64,000 nucleotides of DNA. Source: an uncultured Actinomycetes bacterium (GTDB lineage: Bacteria; Actinomycetota; UBA4738; HRBIN12). The position numbers were made by a program, and so were the translations under genes. The notes below the pieces were generated by a model that did no database searches, was not told the DNA's origin, and saw nothing but the letters and a program-made list of their open reading frames with translations. Shown in pieces: positions 38,941-48,560 of this stretch; position 1 is the first letter of the stretch; each line of letters opens with the position of its first letter. The stretch is taken from NCBI GenBank assembly GCA_963704725.1, contig OY969934.1, positions 128,001-192,000 of the forward strand. The letters are read 5' to 3'.

Positions 38941-40134
38941 TCAGCCGACGGGCACCGGCATCCGCTCGCCGATGAACGCCTCGAGGCTGGCAAAGCCCTT
39001 GGAGAAGGTCTGCACCGTGTCCAGGGTCGCGGGGTGATCGTTGAACTGCTCGAGCTCGAGCCCGTTGGGATCGAACGCCTGGACGCAGTAGGGGATCTGT
39101 TCCAGCTTGCGCAGCACGTCCCCCGGGACGGATTCGTCGATCCGCGGTCGGAACTCCAGCTCGTCGCCGAGCGCGAACAGCGGCTCCAGGACGTACGGCG
39201 GGCAGGTGTAGACGATGTCGCCACCCGCGATCAGCTCGACGTCCCAGAAGCGGCGCTTGCCGGCCACGAGCGGCCCGTCGCGTAGCGAGCAGGCGAGCAT
39301 CTTGCTCGCGTACCCGCCCTCGGACAGCATCCGGTACGCCCGGCGGAAGACCGCGATGCCGAACCAGTGCCGGTCCTGCCAGGTGAGCTGGATCCCGCGT
39401 CGCTCGGCCTGGAGGTCGAGCACCCGATTCTCGGTCAGGCGTCCGATCATCATCGTAATCACCGCCCGCCATCGGCCGAGGTCGACGCCGTCGCGCTGCG
39501 CGAGCGCGATGCCCTCCATGGCGGCCCGCGCCGACGCCAGGATCTGCGGAAGGGTGAAGCAGACCGTCGTGTTCGTCGAGATGCCCCTGGCGGTCAGCCG
39601 CTTCACGACCTCGATGCCCTGCATGCTGGCCGGCACCTTGATCATCACGTTCGGGTTCAGGCTGCTGAGCTCGACCGCGTCCTGGACCATCCGATCCGTC
39701 TCGGTGAGCAGCCGCGGATCGAGCTGGCCGGAGATGAATCCGAACCGGCCGCGGGACGTCTCGAACACGGGGAGGTACATCTCGGCCCCGCGCCGGACGA
39801 CCTCCTTGTACGTCAGCCAGGTGAGCTCGTCCACGTCCGATCGGGGAGTCTCGGCGATCAGCTCGTCGATCCAACGGGTCCAGGACGGCACGTCGGCCTC
39901 AACCGCCTGCCAGGACAGCGGTGGGTTCGTCGTGCATCCGCGGAACAGGCTGCGTCCCGGGTCGACCGAGTCGTAGAGGCGCGCGAACTGCTCCTCCAGG
40001 ACGGGCCGCCGCTCCGGGTCGGCGGCGCCCAGCATCGTGTCCACCCACGTTCGGTAGACCAGGGGGGACGAATCCCACCAGATCTCCAGATCGGGGTGGG
40101 TCTGCGCGAGACGTTCGACGGGGCTCGGGATCAT
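38941..40134 (-). CDS. Transaldolase-family protein
   Basis: WWDS, GCTTNP, SGQLDPR, NVMIKVP Schiff-base Lys and N.TV.FTL.Q motifs. Confidence 0.85.
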   Translation of the reverse strand: MIPSPVERLAQTHPDLEIWWDSSPLVYRTWVDTMLGAADPERRPVLEEQFARLYDSVDPGRSLFRGCTTNPPLSWQAVEADVPSWTRWIDELIAETPRSDVDELTWLTYKEVVRRGAEMYLPVFETSRGRFGFISGQLDPRLLTETDRMVQDAVELSSLNPNVMIKVPASMQGIEVVKRLTARGISTNTTVCFTLPQILASARAAMEGIALAQRDGVDLGRWRAVITMMIGRLTENRVLDLQAERRGIQLTWQDRHWFGIAVFRRAYRMLSEGGYASKMLACSLRDGPLVAGKRRFWDVELIAGGDIVYTCPPYVLEPLFALGDELEFRPRIDESVPGDVLRKLEQIPYCVQAFDPNGLELEQFNDHPATLDTVQTFSKGFASLEAFIGERMPVPVG

Positions 40135-40305
40135 GGCGCCATCTCCAGACGGCCGGGTATCCGCGAGTTCGGCGCCGTCTCGCGGGCACCCGTGGGACGG
40201 TGCCGAGCGCTGGGACGAGCTTCCGCCCCGGGCGCCGTCCGCCGACAGGGCCGTCCGGCCCGCGCACCCCGGCCAAGCGGCGGGAGCCGACTGCCGCGCG
40301 CGCCG

Positions 40306-40977
40306 TCAGGTCCGCGCGCCGGGTTCGAGGGAATACCCGGCACCGTGGACGTTCAGGATCGTCAGCGGGATCCCGATCGAGCGGAGCCGGTTCCGCAGGC
40401 GATGGATGACCCGGCGGACGTCGTGAGCGGTGACCACCACGCTGCCGGGCCAGATGGTCCGGGCGAGAGCGGCCGAGCCGACCGGCCGGCCGGGGACGGC
40501 GGCGAGCGCGAGCATCGCCGACATCTCCCTGGGCGCCAGGTGCACCGATGTGCGTTCCCAGCCCAGCCGGTGCCGTGGGCCGTCGATCTCGACCCCCCAC
40601 AGGCTGAGGACGGGAGTCTCGGCGGGCGGGCTCGCCCCGCCGTCGCCGGGGATCCGGTTCGTCACGTAATGGTGCGCCGAGACCGAGACGAGGAGCTCCG
40701 CCTCGGCCTCCTCGAGCCGCGGGTGTTCCCAGTCCGGCCCGGCGAAGGCGGCGAGGGCCTCCCTCGTCCTCCAGTGCGTCTCCACCAGGTACTCGTCGGG
40801 CGAGGACTCCCAGGGCAGCCCCAGGGCGCAGTACGTGACGTCGGGATGGTTCCGCAGATGGGGCAGGAGATCGTCGTGCAGCTCACGCAGCAGTGCGTCG
40901 TGTGCGCCGAGCCGGATCACCCCACGGAACACCCGGATGAGCATCCTCGCACTATCCGGAATCTCCGCGCCGTGCAC
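40306..40977 (-). CDS. Regulator: ABM-like N-terminal domain plus OmpR-type winged-helix DNA-binding domain
   Basis: YLVETHW...ALAAFAGPDW ABM-like motif; LAPRE...IW...IHRLRNRL...VHGAGYSL wHTH; start uncertain. Confidence 0.7.
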   Translation of the reverse strand: MHGAEIPDSARMLIRVFRGVIRLGAHDALLRELHDDLLPHLRNHPDVTYCALGLPWESSPDEYLVETHWRTREALAAFAGPDWEHPRLEEAEAELLVSVSAHHYVTNRIPGDGGASPPAETPVLSLWGVEIDGPRHRLGWERTSVHLAPREMSAMLALAAVPGRPVGSAALARTIWPGSVVVTAHDVRRVIHRLRNRLRSIGIPLTILNVHGAGYSLEPGART

Positions 40978-40995
40978 AAGGGATCCCTCGCGGGC

Positions 40996-41964
40996 TCAGG
41001 CGTACCGGACCCGCGGGTCCAGGAAGGCGTAGACGACGTCGACGACGAGGTTCGCGATCGTGATGAAGAAGGCGGCGATGATGGTGACGTCGAGGATCGC
41101 GTAGAAGTCGCCCGAGAACACGGATCGCACCGCGTACTGGCCGATGCCGGGGATGTTGAACACGGTCTCGGTGATGATGGCGCCTCCCATGAGGGCGCCG
41201 AGATCGAGGCCGAGCATCGTGACGATGGGGGTGAGGCCCGATCGCAGGCCGTGCTTGATCACGACGCGGCCTTCGGACAGGCCCTTGGCTCTCGCCGTCC
41301 GGATGTAATCCTCGCTCAGCTTCTCGATGAGGTTCGCCCTCGACATGCGGGCGTAGTTGGCCGCGAAGGCCAGGGCCAGCACGATCCACGGCATGAGCAT
41401 GTGCAGGAACCACTGGGTGAGGCCGTCCTGCGCCACCGGGGAGAACCCGGTTCCCGGCAGCCAGTGCAGCTTGAACCAGAACAGGTACAGCGCGACCGGG
41501 CCGACGAAGAACACCGGCGCCGACACGCCGAAGAGCGCGAACACCATCGCCAGCCGGTCGAACACGGATCGAGGGCGGAGCGCGGACACGATCCCGATGG
41601 GGATCCCGATCGCCAGCCATACGAACGCCGCGCCCACAGCGAGTTGGGTGGTGACCAGCATGCGGTCGAGGATGATCGACCGGAGCTCCGAGCGGGTGCT
41701 GAACGAGAAGCCCAGACCCGGCCACCCGTACCGATCGCCGGCGACCAGGCGGCCGACGAACAGGCCGTACTGGACGACGAACGGCCTGTCCAGCCCGAAC
41801 TGGTGTCGGACCTGCGCGACCAACTCCTTCGTGGGTTGCTTCCCCGCGAAGTTGACCGCGGGATCGGTCGAGGGCATCACGAAGAAGATGACGTACGTGA
41901 AGAGGGCGACCAGCAACAGGGTCAACAGGACCCACAGGAGCCGCCGGACGACGTACCGGATCAT
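40996..41964 (-). CDS. Oligopeptide/dipeptide ABC transporter permease (DppB/OppB-like), orphan
   Basis: YVVRRL, GLDRP..VQY, DYIRTARAKGL EAA loop and ETVFNIPGIG motifs. Confidence 0.92.
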   Translation of the reverse strand: MIRYVVRRLLWVLLTLLLVALFTYVIFFVMPSTDPAVNFAGKQPTKELVAQVRHQFGLDRPFVVQYGLFVGRLVAGDRYGWPGLGFSFSTRSELRSIILDRMLVTTQLAVGAAFVWLAIGIPIGIVSALRPRSVFDRLAMVFALFGVSAPVFFVGPVALYLFWFKLHWLPGTGFSPVAQDGLTQWFLHMLMPWIVLALAFAANYARMSRANLIEKLSEDYIRTARAKGLSEGRVVIKHGLRSGLTPIVTMLGLDLGALMGGAIITETVFNIPGIGQYAVRSVFSGDFYAILDVTIIAAFFITIANLVVDVVYAFLDPRVRYA

Positions 41965-42057
41965 GGCCGCATCAGCGGTTCACGGTAGGCCAGGAGGGGC
42001 GCGAGGAGTGTCCTCGGTCTGTCCCAACTTCGGCGGCGGAGACGTCCGGAGGATGCG

Positions 42058-42279
42058 TCAGGGGCTGAGCGGCTCGGCGGACGGCAACCCCCAGCGGCGG
42101 CGGCCGCACGGGTGAGATTCCGCCCAGGCCCGGATCTCGGGGCCGCTCCACGCGGCCTCCCGGAAGCCGATGACGACCGGCCTGGGGAAGTCCTGGCGAT
42201 CACGCAGCTGATGGACGCGCTGAGGGGTGACGCCCAGGTACTCGGCAACCTGCCTGATCGAGAGGTCGTGCGGATCCAT
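42058..42279 (-). CDS. AlpA/excisionase-like small HTH protein
   Basis: QVAEYLGVTPQRVHQL...DFPRPV...W...EIRAW. Confidence 0.75.
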   Translation of the reverse strand: MDPHDLSIRQVAEYLGVTPQRVHQLRDRQDFPRPVVIGFREAAWSGPEIRAWAESHPCGRRRWGLPSAEPLSP

Positions 42280-42431
42280 GCGGTCGACTCCACGGGTTCG
42301 CGGGCGCGTGGGCCGAAGCATGCGACGGCGGCCCGCGGCGGTCGCGGGTCGACCGGCCCCCCGAGACCGGGCACGGCGGACCGTAACGCCGGCGTAACCA
42401 CGACGGCCTCGCGGATTCGCAGACTGAGCGC

Positions 42432-42959
42432 ATGAGCGTCACCGACGCCGTCGTCACGGCCGCGACCGCCGCCGATCTCGGCGGGATCAACGAGATCTAC
42501 AACCACTACGTCGAGGCCACCGCCGTCACGTTCGACGTGGAGCCGAAGTCGATGGCGTGGCGGCGGGAGTGGTTCGGCCAGTTCGGGGAGCGTGGGCACC
42601 ACCGGCTCCTCGTCGCCCGGAGCGACGGCGCGGTCCTCGGCTACGCCTGCAGCCACACCTTCCGGCCGAGGGCGGCCTACGGGTCGTCGGTCGAGACGAG
42701 CGTCTACCTCTCGGCCGACCACCTCGGACAGGGGATCGGGTCGGCGCTCTACGCCGCGCTGCTCGGCGAGCTCGACCGGGAGGACGTCCACCGCGCGTAC
42801 GGCGGCATCGCGATGCCGAACCCCGGGTCGGTACGGCTGCACGAGCGGTTCGGGTTCCGTCGCGTCGGCTACTTCTCCGAGCAGGGGAGGAAGTTCGACC
42901 GGTACTGGGACGTGGCCTGGTACGAGCTCCGGTTCCCCCGGCACTTACCTGCGTCTTGA
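42432..42959 (+). CDS. GNAT N-acetyltransferase (phosphinothricin/YncA-like)
   Basis: IYNHYV, VETSVYL, GQGIG, NPGS.RLHERFGF and GRKF..YWDV motifs. Confidence 0.9.
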   Translation: MSVTDAVVTAATAADLGGINEIYNHYVEATAVTFDVEPKSMAWRREWFGQFGERGHHRLLVARSDGAVLGYACSHTFRPRAAYGSSVETSVYLSADHLGQGIGSALYAALLGELDREDVHRAYGGIAMPNPGSVRLHERFGFRRVGYFSEQGRKFDRYWDVAWYELRFPRHLPAS

Positions 42960-43016
42960 GCGCGGCGCCCGTCCTGAGTGGACGTTCGCTATGCCGAACG
43001 TGGAGCATCACGGGAT

Positions 43017-44405
43017 GTGACCTCGCTCCTCGCCATCTCGAACCTCGAGGCGGGGCGGGCCCAGATGGCGGTCTCGCTCGGCTTCCACATCGTGTTCGCG
43101 GGTCTCGGCGTAGGGCTGCCCGTCCTGCTCCTCGTCGCCGAGTACCGCGCGAACCGCACCGGGGACCACGTCTGGATGGCGCTCGCGCGACGGTGGGCCA
43201 AGGGGTTCGGGATCCTGTTCGCGGTCGGCGCCGTGAGCGGCACGGTGCTGTCGTTCTCGCTCGGCCTGTTCTGGCCGGGGCTGATGGGCCGGTGGGGCGG
43301 CGTGATCGGCCTGCCGTTCGCGCTCGAGGCCTTCGCGTTCTTCTTCGAGGCGATCTTCCTCGGCATCTACCTCTACGGGTGGGATCGGCTCTCGCCGTGG
43401 GCGCACTGGTGGTCGGGCGTACCGGTGGCGGTCTCGGGCGCAGCGAGCGCGTGGTTCGTCGTCACGGCGAACGCGTGGATGCAGACGCCCGCCGGATTCC
43501 GGCTTCAGGACGGCACGCTCGTCGACGTCGATCCGATCGGGGCGATGCTGAACTCGTCGACGCCGGTGATGACCACCCACATGATGCTGGCCGCCTACAT
43601 GGCGACGGGGCTCTCCGTGGCCGCGGTCTACGCGTTCGCGATGCTGCGGGGCCGGCGCGACGCCTACCATCGCCGCGGACTGGCCCTCGGGCTGACGATC
43701 GGCCTGGCGCTCGCCCCGGTGCAGGTCGTGGTGGGAGACTGGGCGGCCCGCCACGTGGCCGAAACCCAGCCGGTCAAGCTCGCCGCGCTCGAGGGACAGT
43801 GGGTGACGCGGGCGAACGCGCCGCTGCGCATCGGCGGGATCCCGCTCCCCGGTCGCGAGGAGACGGTCTTCGCCATCGAGATCCCGAGCGGGCTGTCGTG
43901 GCTCGCGTACGGAGATCCGAACGCGGTGGTCCGCGGTCTGAAGGACGTGCCCGAGCAGGACCGGCCGAACACGCTCCTCGTACACCTCGCCTTCCAGGCC
44001 ATGGTCGGGATCGGGTTCGGTCTGCTCGCGCTGGGAGCGTGGGCCCTCGCCGCCCGGCTGCGACGCGGCCGGCTCCCCGAGGGACGGTGGTTCCTGCGGG
44101 CCGCCCTCGTCGCCGGGCCGGCCGCGTTCGTCGCGATCGAGGCGGGCTGGATCGTGACCGAGGTCGGGCGGCAACCGTGGATCGTGCAGAGCCTCCTGCG
44201 GACGGCCGATGCCGTCACGACCAGGCCGGGTATCGCGTGGCACCTGAGCGCGACGATCCTGATCTACACGCTGCTCGGTACGGCCTGCGCCGTGCTCCTG
44301 GTGCGCCTGGCGCGGAGTCCGCGCGAGGGCCCGCAGGCGCAGGGTGGTGACCCCACCGGCTCGGCCTCGGGGGCCGAGGCGCCGCTCCCCGCCGACGTCC
44401 GATGA
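43017..44405 (+). CDS. cydA: Cytochrome bd ubiquinol oxidase subunit I
   Basis: GFHIVF, FAVGAVSG, EAFAFFFE, ANAWMQTP, QPVKLAALEG and EVGRQPW motifs; start inferred. Confidence 0.95.
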   Translation: MTSLLAISNLEAGRAQMAVSLGFHIVFAGLGVGLPVLLLVAEYRANRTGDHVWMALARRWAKGFGILFAVGAVSGTVLSFSLGLFWPGLMGRWGGVIGLPFALEAFAFFFEAIFLGIYLYGWDRLSPWAHWWSGVPVAVSGAASAWFVVTANAWMQTPAGFRLQDGTLVDVDPIGAMLNSSTPVMTTHMMLAAYMATGLSVAAVYAFAMLRGRRDAYHRRGLALGLTIGLALAPVQVVVGDWAARHVAETQPVKLAALEGQWVTRANAPLRIGGIPLPGREETVFAIEIPSGLSWLAYGDPNAVVRGLKDVPEQDRPNTLLVHLAFQAMVGIGFGLLALGAWALAARLRRGRLPEGRWFLRAALVAGPAAFVAIEAGWIVTEVGRQPWIVQSLLRTADAVTTRPGIAWHLSATILIYTLLGTACAVLLVRLARSPREGPQAQGGDPTGSASGAEAPLPADVR

Positions 44406-45415
44406 GCGCCGAGCTGTACGTCCTCGGCATCCTGTGGATGGGTGCGACGCTGTATCTCCTGCTGGGCGGGGCCGATTTCGGCGGCGGCGTGTGGGACCTG
44501 GTCGCATCGGGCCCCCGCCGGGACCGCCAGCGGGCGCTGATCTCGGCCGCGATCGCGCCGGTCTGGGAGGCGAACCACGTCTGGCTGATCTTCGTGCTCA
44601 CCGGTCTCCTGGCCGCGTTCCCGGCCGTCTTCGCCGACCTGTCCGTCGCGCTGTACGTGCCGTTCAGCCTCGTGCTCCTCGGCATCGTGTTCCGGGGCGC
44701 CGCGTTCGCCTTCCGGGCCCACGGCGGGCGTAACTCGCCGTGGGTTCGCACGTGGACGCGGGTGTTCGGCATCGCGTCCCTTGTCTCGCCGTTCCTGCTG
44801 GGCGCCTCGGCCGCGTCGATCGCCGGCGGGCGGATCCGCGTGGTGGACGGCGACGTGCGGGCCGGACTGGTGTCCGCGTGGACGGCGCCGCTCTCGATGT
44901 TCGCCGGCCTGTTCGCCGTCGCGATCTGCGCGTACCTCGCGGCCACCTACCTGATCGTGGAGGCCACCGCGCGGGGCGATGCGGAGCTCGAGCGCGACTT
45001 CCGGGCGCGGGCCATCGGCGCCGGCGTCGTGGCCGGGCTCCTCGCCGCGGCCGGGCTGGTGGTCGTGCGCTCCCAGGCGCCCGTCCTGTGGGACGGGATG
45101 ATCGAGCGGGGGCTCCCGTTCGTCGTGCTCTCGGCGGCGGGCGGCGTGGTCTCGATCGGCGCCATCGCAGCACGACGCTCCGGCTGGGCGCGCGCCGCAG
45201 CCGCCGTCGCCGTGGGGTCCGTGCTGTGGGCGTGGGGAGCGGCGCAGTGGCCGTACCTCGTCGTGCCCGACGTCACGGCCGAGGCCTCCGCCGCCCCGGC
45301 CGACACGGTCCGGATCGTGGCGATCGGGTTCACGGTGGGCGGCCTGCTCCTGCTTCCTTCGCTGCTACTGCTGTTCCGGCTGTTCAAGGCGTCGACGGCC
45401 GGACCGGCGCACTGA
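44402..45415 (+). CDS. cydB: Cytochrome bd ubiquinol oxidase subunit II
   Basis: GADFGGG, PVWEANHVWLI and RGAAF.FR motifs. Confidence 0.95.
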   Translation: MSAELYVLGILWMGATLYLLLGGADFGGGVWDLVASGPRRDRQRALISAAIAPVWEANHVWLIFVLTGLLAAFPAVFADLSVALYVPFSLVLLGIVFRGAAFAFRAHGGRNSPWVRTWTRVFGIASLVSPFLLGASAASIAGGRIRVVDGDVRAGLVSAWTAPLSMFAGLFAVAICAYLAATYLIVEATARGDAELERDFRARAIGAGVVAGLLAAAGLVVVRSQAPVLWDGMIERGLPFVVLSAAGGVVSIGAIAARRSGWARAAAAVAVGSVLWAWGAAQWPYLVVPDVTAEASAAPADTVRIVAIGFTVGGLLLLPSLLLLFRLFKASTAGPAH

Positions 45416-45460
45416 CCGGTCGTTGCTGGTCTCGGCCTCACCGGTCAGACTTCGAGGGAG

Positions 45461-47767
45461 ATGAGCGGTCGCCGCCGGGACGTCGGAAGGTCGAGCCGTC
45501 TCGTGTGGGGTGGTGTCGGGATCCTGCTGGTACTCATGCTCGGCGGGTCCTTCCTCATGGCCGGGCAGGCGCGAGACCAGGCCGAGGCCGATGCCCAGGT
45601 GCGCGCCGAGCAGTACGTGGCCTCGGAGCTGATCCCGGACGTCACGCCCGAGCTCGTCGCGCGCGACATCCTCGGGTCCGCCTACCGGACCCTGCTGCCG
45701 CTGGTGCAGGCCGGCTTCACGGACACGGACATCGTCCGGGTGCGGATGTGGAAGGCGGGGGGCGACCTGATCTTCTCCACCGCGGCGCGCGATGACGTCG
45801 AGGAGTACGTCGCGACGAACGACCCGCAGATCCGGCTCGCGGCGCAGGGTCAGACGGTGAGCATCGTCGTCGACACGAGCCCGCCGCCGGCGGGTCTGGA
45901 GGGCTCCGACGAGACCCTCTACGCGACCTACGTCCCACTGCGCTTCGCGAACGACCCCGACTCCTCGGGGGTCGCCGAGATCGACCAGCGCTACGCGTCG
46001 ATCGGCCAGGAGGCGAACCGCATCTGGCGCCCGGTGCAGCTCGGGCTGGTGATCGCGCTCGTCGGCCTCGGGGTCCTGTTCGCGGTGTCGCAGCGGTCGT
46101 CCAGGGCGTCGAGGTCGCGCGACGCCCGGTGGGGCCCGAAGCCGCCGCGGGTGTCCCGGGACGAACGGACCCTGAAGGACGCGGAGGATCGGGCCTTCGC
46201 CGCCGAGCGCGCCGCCCGGGACGCCGAGGCCCGTCTCGCCGAGTCCGAACGCCGGCTGGAGGAGCTGACGAAGGCCGACCTGCCGCCCGAGGCGCGCGCC
46301 AAGCTCGAGGAGGCCGAGCTGAAGCTCCGCGCCGAGCGGGCCGAGCGCGAACAGCTCGCCGCCGAGGCCAAGCGTCTTCGAACAGCCCTGTCCGAGAAGG
46401 AGGCGGAGCTCGCGCTCGCCCGGGACGGGACCGCCTCGACGGAGGTCGAGCGCGCGCGCTCGATCGACGCGGTGGCGCGGGCGGAGCGCCAGGCCGCGGA
46501 CGCCGAGCAGCGGGCGGCCGCCGTCGGGACCCTCGCCGCCGCGGCCGAGGGACGCGCCACCGACGCGGAGACGAAGGTCCGCCGGCTCGAGGCCCAGCTC
46601 GTCGAGGCGGAACGCCGGATCACGGACGCGGTCGCCGAGGCCGAGCGGGCGAGCCTCAAGGCGCGCGCGGACGAGGACGCGAGGTCGGCGACCGAGCTGC
46701 GGACGGCGCACCTCCAGGTCAGCGAGCTGCAGCTCGCGCTGGCCGAGGCGCAGTCCGAGCTCAAGGACTCGCAGACCCGGCTCGCCGCGGTGGAGGGCGC
46801 CGCCGCCGAGCTGGAGCGCCTCCGCGCCGGGGCCGAGGCGGCCCGGTCGGAAGCGGAGGCGACGAAGCTGGAGCTGCAGCGGTCCCGCCTCGAGCTCGAC
46901 ACGGTCAGGGACGAGGCCGAGACCTCGACCATCGAGCTCACGACCGCAGGCGCCGAGCTGGCCACGGCCCGGACGGAGCTCGAGCAGCGGTTGGAGGATC
47001 TCGAGCACGCGCAGGCCGAGCTGGGGCGCAGGGGCGAGGAGACCGAGCTCGTTCGGGCGGAGCTCGAGCAGGCCCGGGCCGAGGTCGCGCAGGCGCGGGC
47101 GGATCACGAGCGGGAGCTCGCCGAGCTCCGGTCGGGCGAGGAGCAGCAGCTGCACCTGGCGGAACGTTCGCGATGGCAAGCCGAGCTCGAGCGGTCGAGC
47201 GCGGAGCTCACCGAGGCCCGCGCCGAGATCGAGCGCCGGAGCGCCGAGCTCGCCGCCTCCAAGACAGATCTCGCCCAGACGAGCGAGGCCCTCGAGCGCG
47301 CGCGCGCCGAGCTCGCGCAGGCCCGCGCCGCCGACCGCCCGGTCGCGGCCGCCGAGTCCGGGGACGGGGCCGAGCTCGTCGCCCGGCTGGAGCAGCTGGA
47401 GTCGCAGCGGCGGGGCGAGATCGTGGAGCTCCATCGTGCTCAGGAGACCCTCGCGAACACCCAGGTCGAGCTGATGGACGCCAACCGCAAGCTGCGATCG
47501 GCGGAGGAGCGGGTCCGCGCGCTGGAGGGCGCGAGCCGGGCCGCGCCGGCCGAGCCGGCACAGGAGCCGGCCCCGACCCCGGCCGAGCCGGCCCCCGAGC
47601 GGAGGCCGCGCGAACGGGTTCGGCCGCCGACCCCGGCGCCGGAGTCAGCTCCGGACGAAGAGGAGGCGGTGCAGGAGGAGGGCCCTCCGGAGGAGCCGCT
47701 CTCGCTCCGCGAGCGGCTGGCCCGTGCTGCGGCCGCCCGTCACCGCACCACGCAACCGCCGGAGTGA
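45461..47767 (+). CDS. Membrane protein: two TMs flanking an extracytoplasmic sensor-like domain, then a long cytoplasmic coiled coil
   Basis: Two hydrophobic segments about 160 aa apart; about 450 aa of E/A/R/L heptad-rich sequence; Pro/Glu tail. Confidence 0.8.
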   Translation: MSGRRRDVGRSSRLVWGGVGILLVLMLGGSFLMAGQARDQAEADAQVRAEQYVASELIPDVTPELVARDILGSAYRTLLPLVQAGFTDTDIVRVRMWKAGGDLIFSTAARDDVEEYVATNDPQIRLAAQGQTVSIVVDTSPPPAGLEGSDETLYATYVPLRFANDPDSSGVAEIDQRYASIGQEANRIWRPVQLGLVIALVGLGVLFAVSQRSSRASRSRDARWGPKPPRVSRDERTLKDAEDRAFAAERAARDAEARLAESERRLEELTKADLPPEARAKLEEAELKLRAERAEREQLAAEAKRLRTALSEKEAELALARDGTASTEVERARSIDAVARAERQAADAEQRAAAVGTLAAAAEGRATDAETKVRRLEAQLVEAERRITDAVAEAERASLKARADEDARSATELRTAHLQVSELQLALAEAQSELKDSQTRLAAVEGAAAELERLRAGAEAARSEAEATKLELQRSRLELDTVRDEAETSTIELTTAGAELATARTELEQRLEDLEHAQAELGRRGEETELVRAELEQARAEVAQARADHERELAELRSGEEQQLHLAERSRWQAELERSSAELTEARAEIERRSAELAASKTDLAQTSEALERARAELAQARAADRPVAAAESGDGAELVARLEQLESQRRGEIVELHRAQETLANTQVELMDANRKLRSAEERVRALEGASRAAPAEPAQEPAPTPAEPAPERRPRERVRPPTPAPESAPDEEEAVQEEGPPEEPLSLRERLARAAAARHRTTQPPE

Positions 47768-48354
47768 GGCGCGGCCCCCCGCCGCGCCGGCCGGAGCAGG
47801 TCGACCGCGTAGACGTCCAGGAGCGCGCGTTCCACCGGGGCGGCCTCGAGCGGCCGGCCCACGGGATAGCCGGAGCGCCGTGCCAGCTCCAGGTGCGGCG
47901 TGCAGAACGGCAGGAGGCGCCCCCCGCGCCGGCGGACGACCGCCTCGGGCGCCTGCGGCGACGCCGTCCCCCACTGCCAGAAGCACAGGGGGCAGATCAG
48001 CCCGAGCCGCTGGGGGTACCCGTGCTCGGCCCGGTAGCCGAGCTCGTGCTCGACGACCCGGCCCCACAGGGCGACCGTGCCGAGGACCGCCGGGTCGCGC
48101 GTCCGCCGAAGGGGATCCGGCTCGTGGGTGGCGTGGATCCCGCACGTGCAGTCGATCCCCGGGGCGAGGTGTCGCCGATGCCGGGCGCACTCGGCTCGGA
48201 CGGGCAGGCGCGGCGGCCAGGGGTGGCCCGTACCGGCGATCGGCAGGAGCCGGACCTGCGTGCCGTCTCGCGAGCCGCGCAGCGTCCACGTCCGCCAGGC
48301 GTCGATGGGATCCGACAGCGCCGTGCCGACCGGCGCGATCTCGGCGCCGGGCAT
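47740..48354 (-). CDS. Hypothetical Cys/His-rich (putative Zn-binding) protein
   Basis: WRTW, C-x5-H-x2-P-x3-CTCGIHA, VALWGRVVEH..GYRAE and CPLC...CTPH motifs. Confidence 0.75.
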   Translation of the reverse strand: MPGAEIAPVGTALSDPIDAWRTWTLRGSRDGTQVRLLPIAGTGHPWPPRLPVRAECARHRRHLAPGIDCTCGIHATHEPDPLRRTRDPAVLGTVALWGRVVEHELGYRAEHGYPQRLGLICPLCFWQWGTASPQAPEAVVRRRGGRLLPFCTPHLELARRSGYPVGRPLEAAPVERALLDVYAVDLLRPARRGAAPHSGGCVVR

Positions 48355-48357
48355 CCC

Positions 48358-48477
48358 CTACGTGGCCGGCTCGGCGGGCTGGGGCTCCTGCACCGGCTCG
48401 GCGTCCGGGAGTTCCTCGGGGATCGGGAGCGTCACGGGGTCCACCTCGATCACCCGCTTCAGAGGTCCGATGTCCAC
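48358..48477 (-). CDS. 39-aa acidic Pro/Glu-rich peptide (not called separately in the ORF track)
   Basis: GAGGAGGGA RBS, then GTG: MDIGPLKRVIEVDPVTLPIPEELPDAEPVQEPQPAEPAT; stop 3 nt before the next ATG. Confidence 0.7.
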   Translation of the reverse strand: MDIGPLKRVIEVDPVTLPIPEELPDAEPVQEPQPAEPAT

Positions 48478-48560
48478 GCGTCCCTCCTCGCGAGGATGTG
48501 TTCCGTACCTCCGAGGGTACCCCGACGAGCGCGAAGCATGCCAGGGAGGGACCGGGGCCC

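Noticed and set aside
42058-42279. Intact prophage or ICE around the AlpA-like gene
   Set aside because: No integrase, replication, structural or conjugation genes are visible in the window
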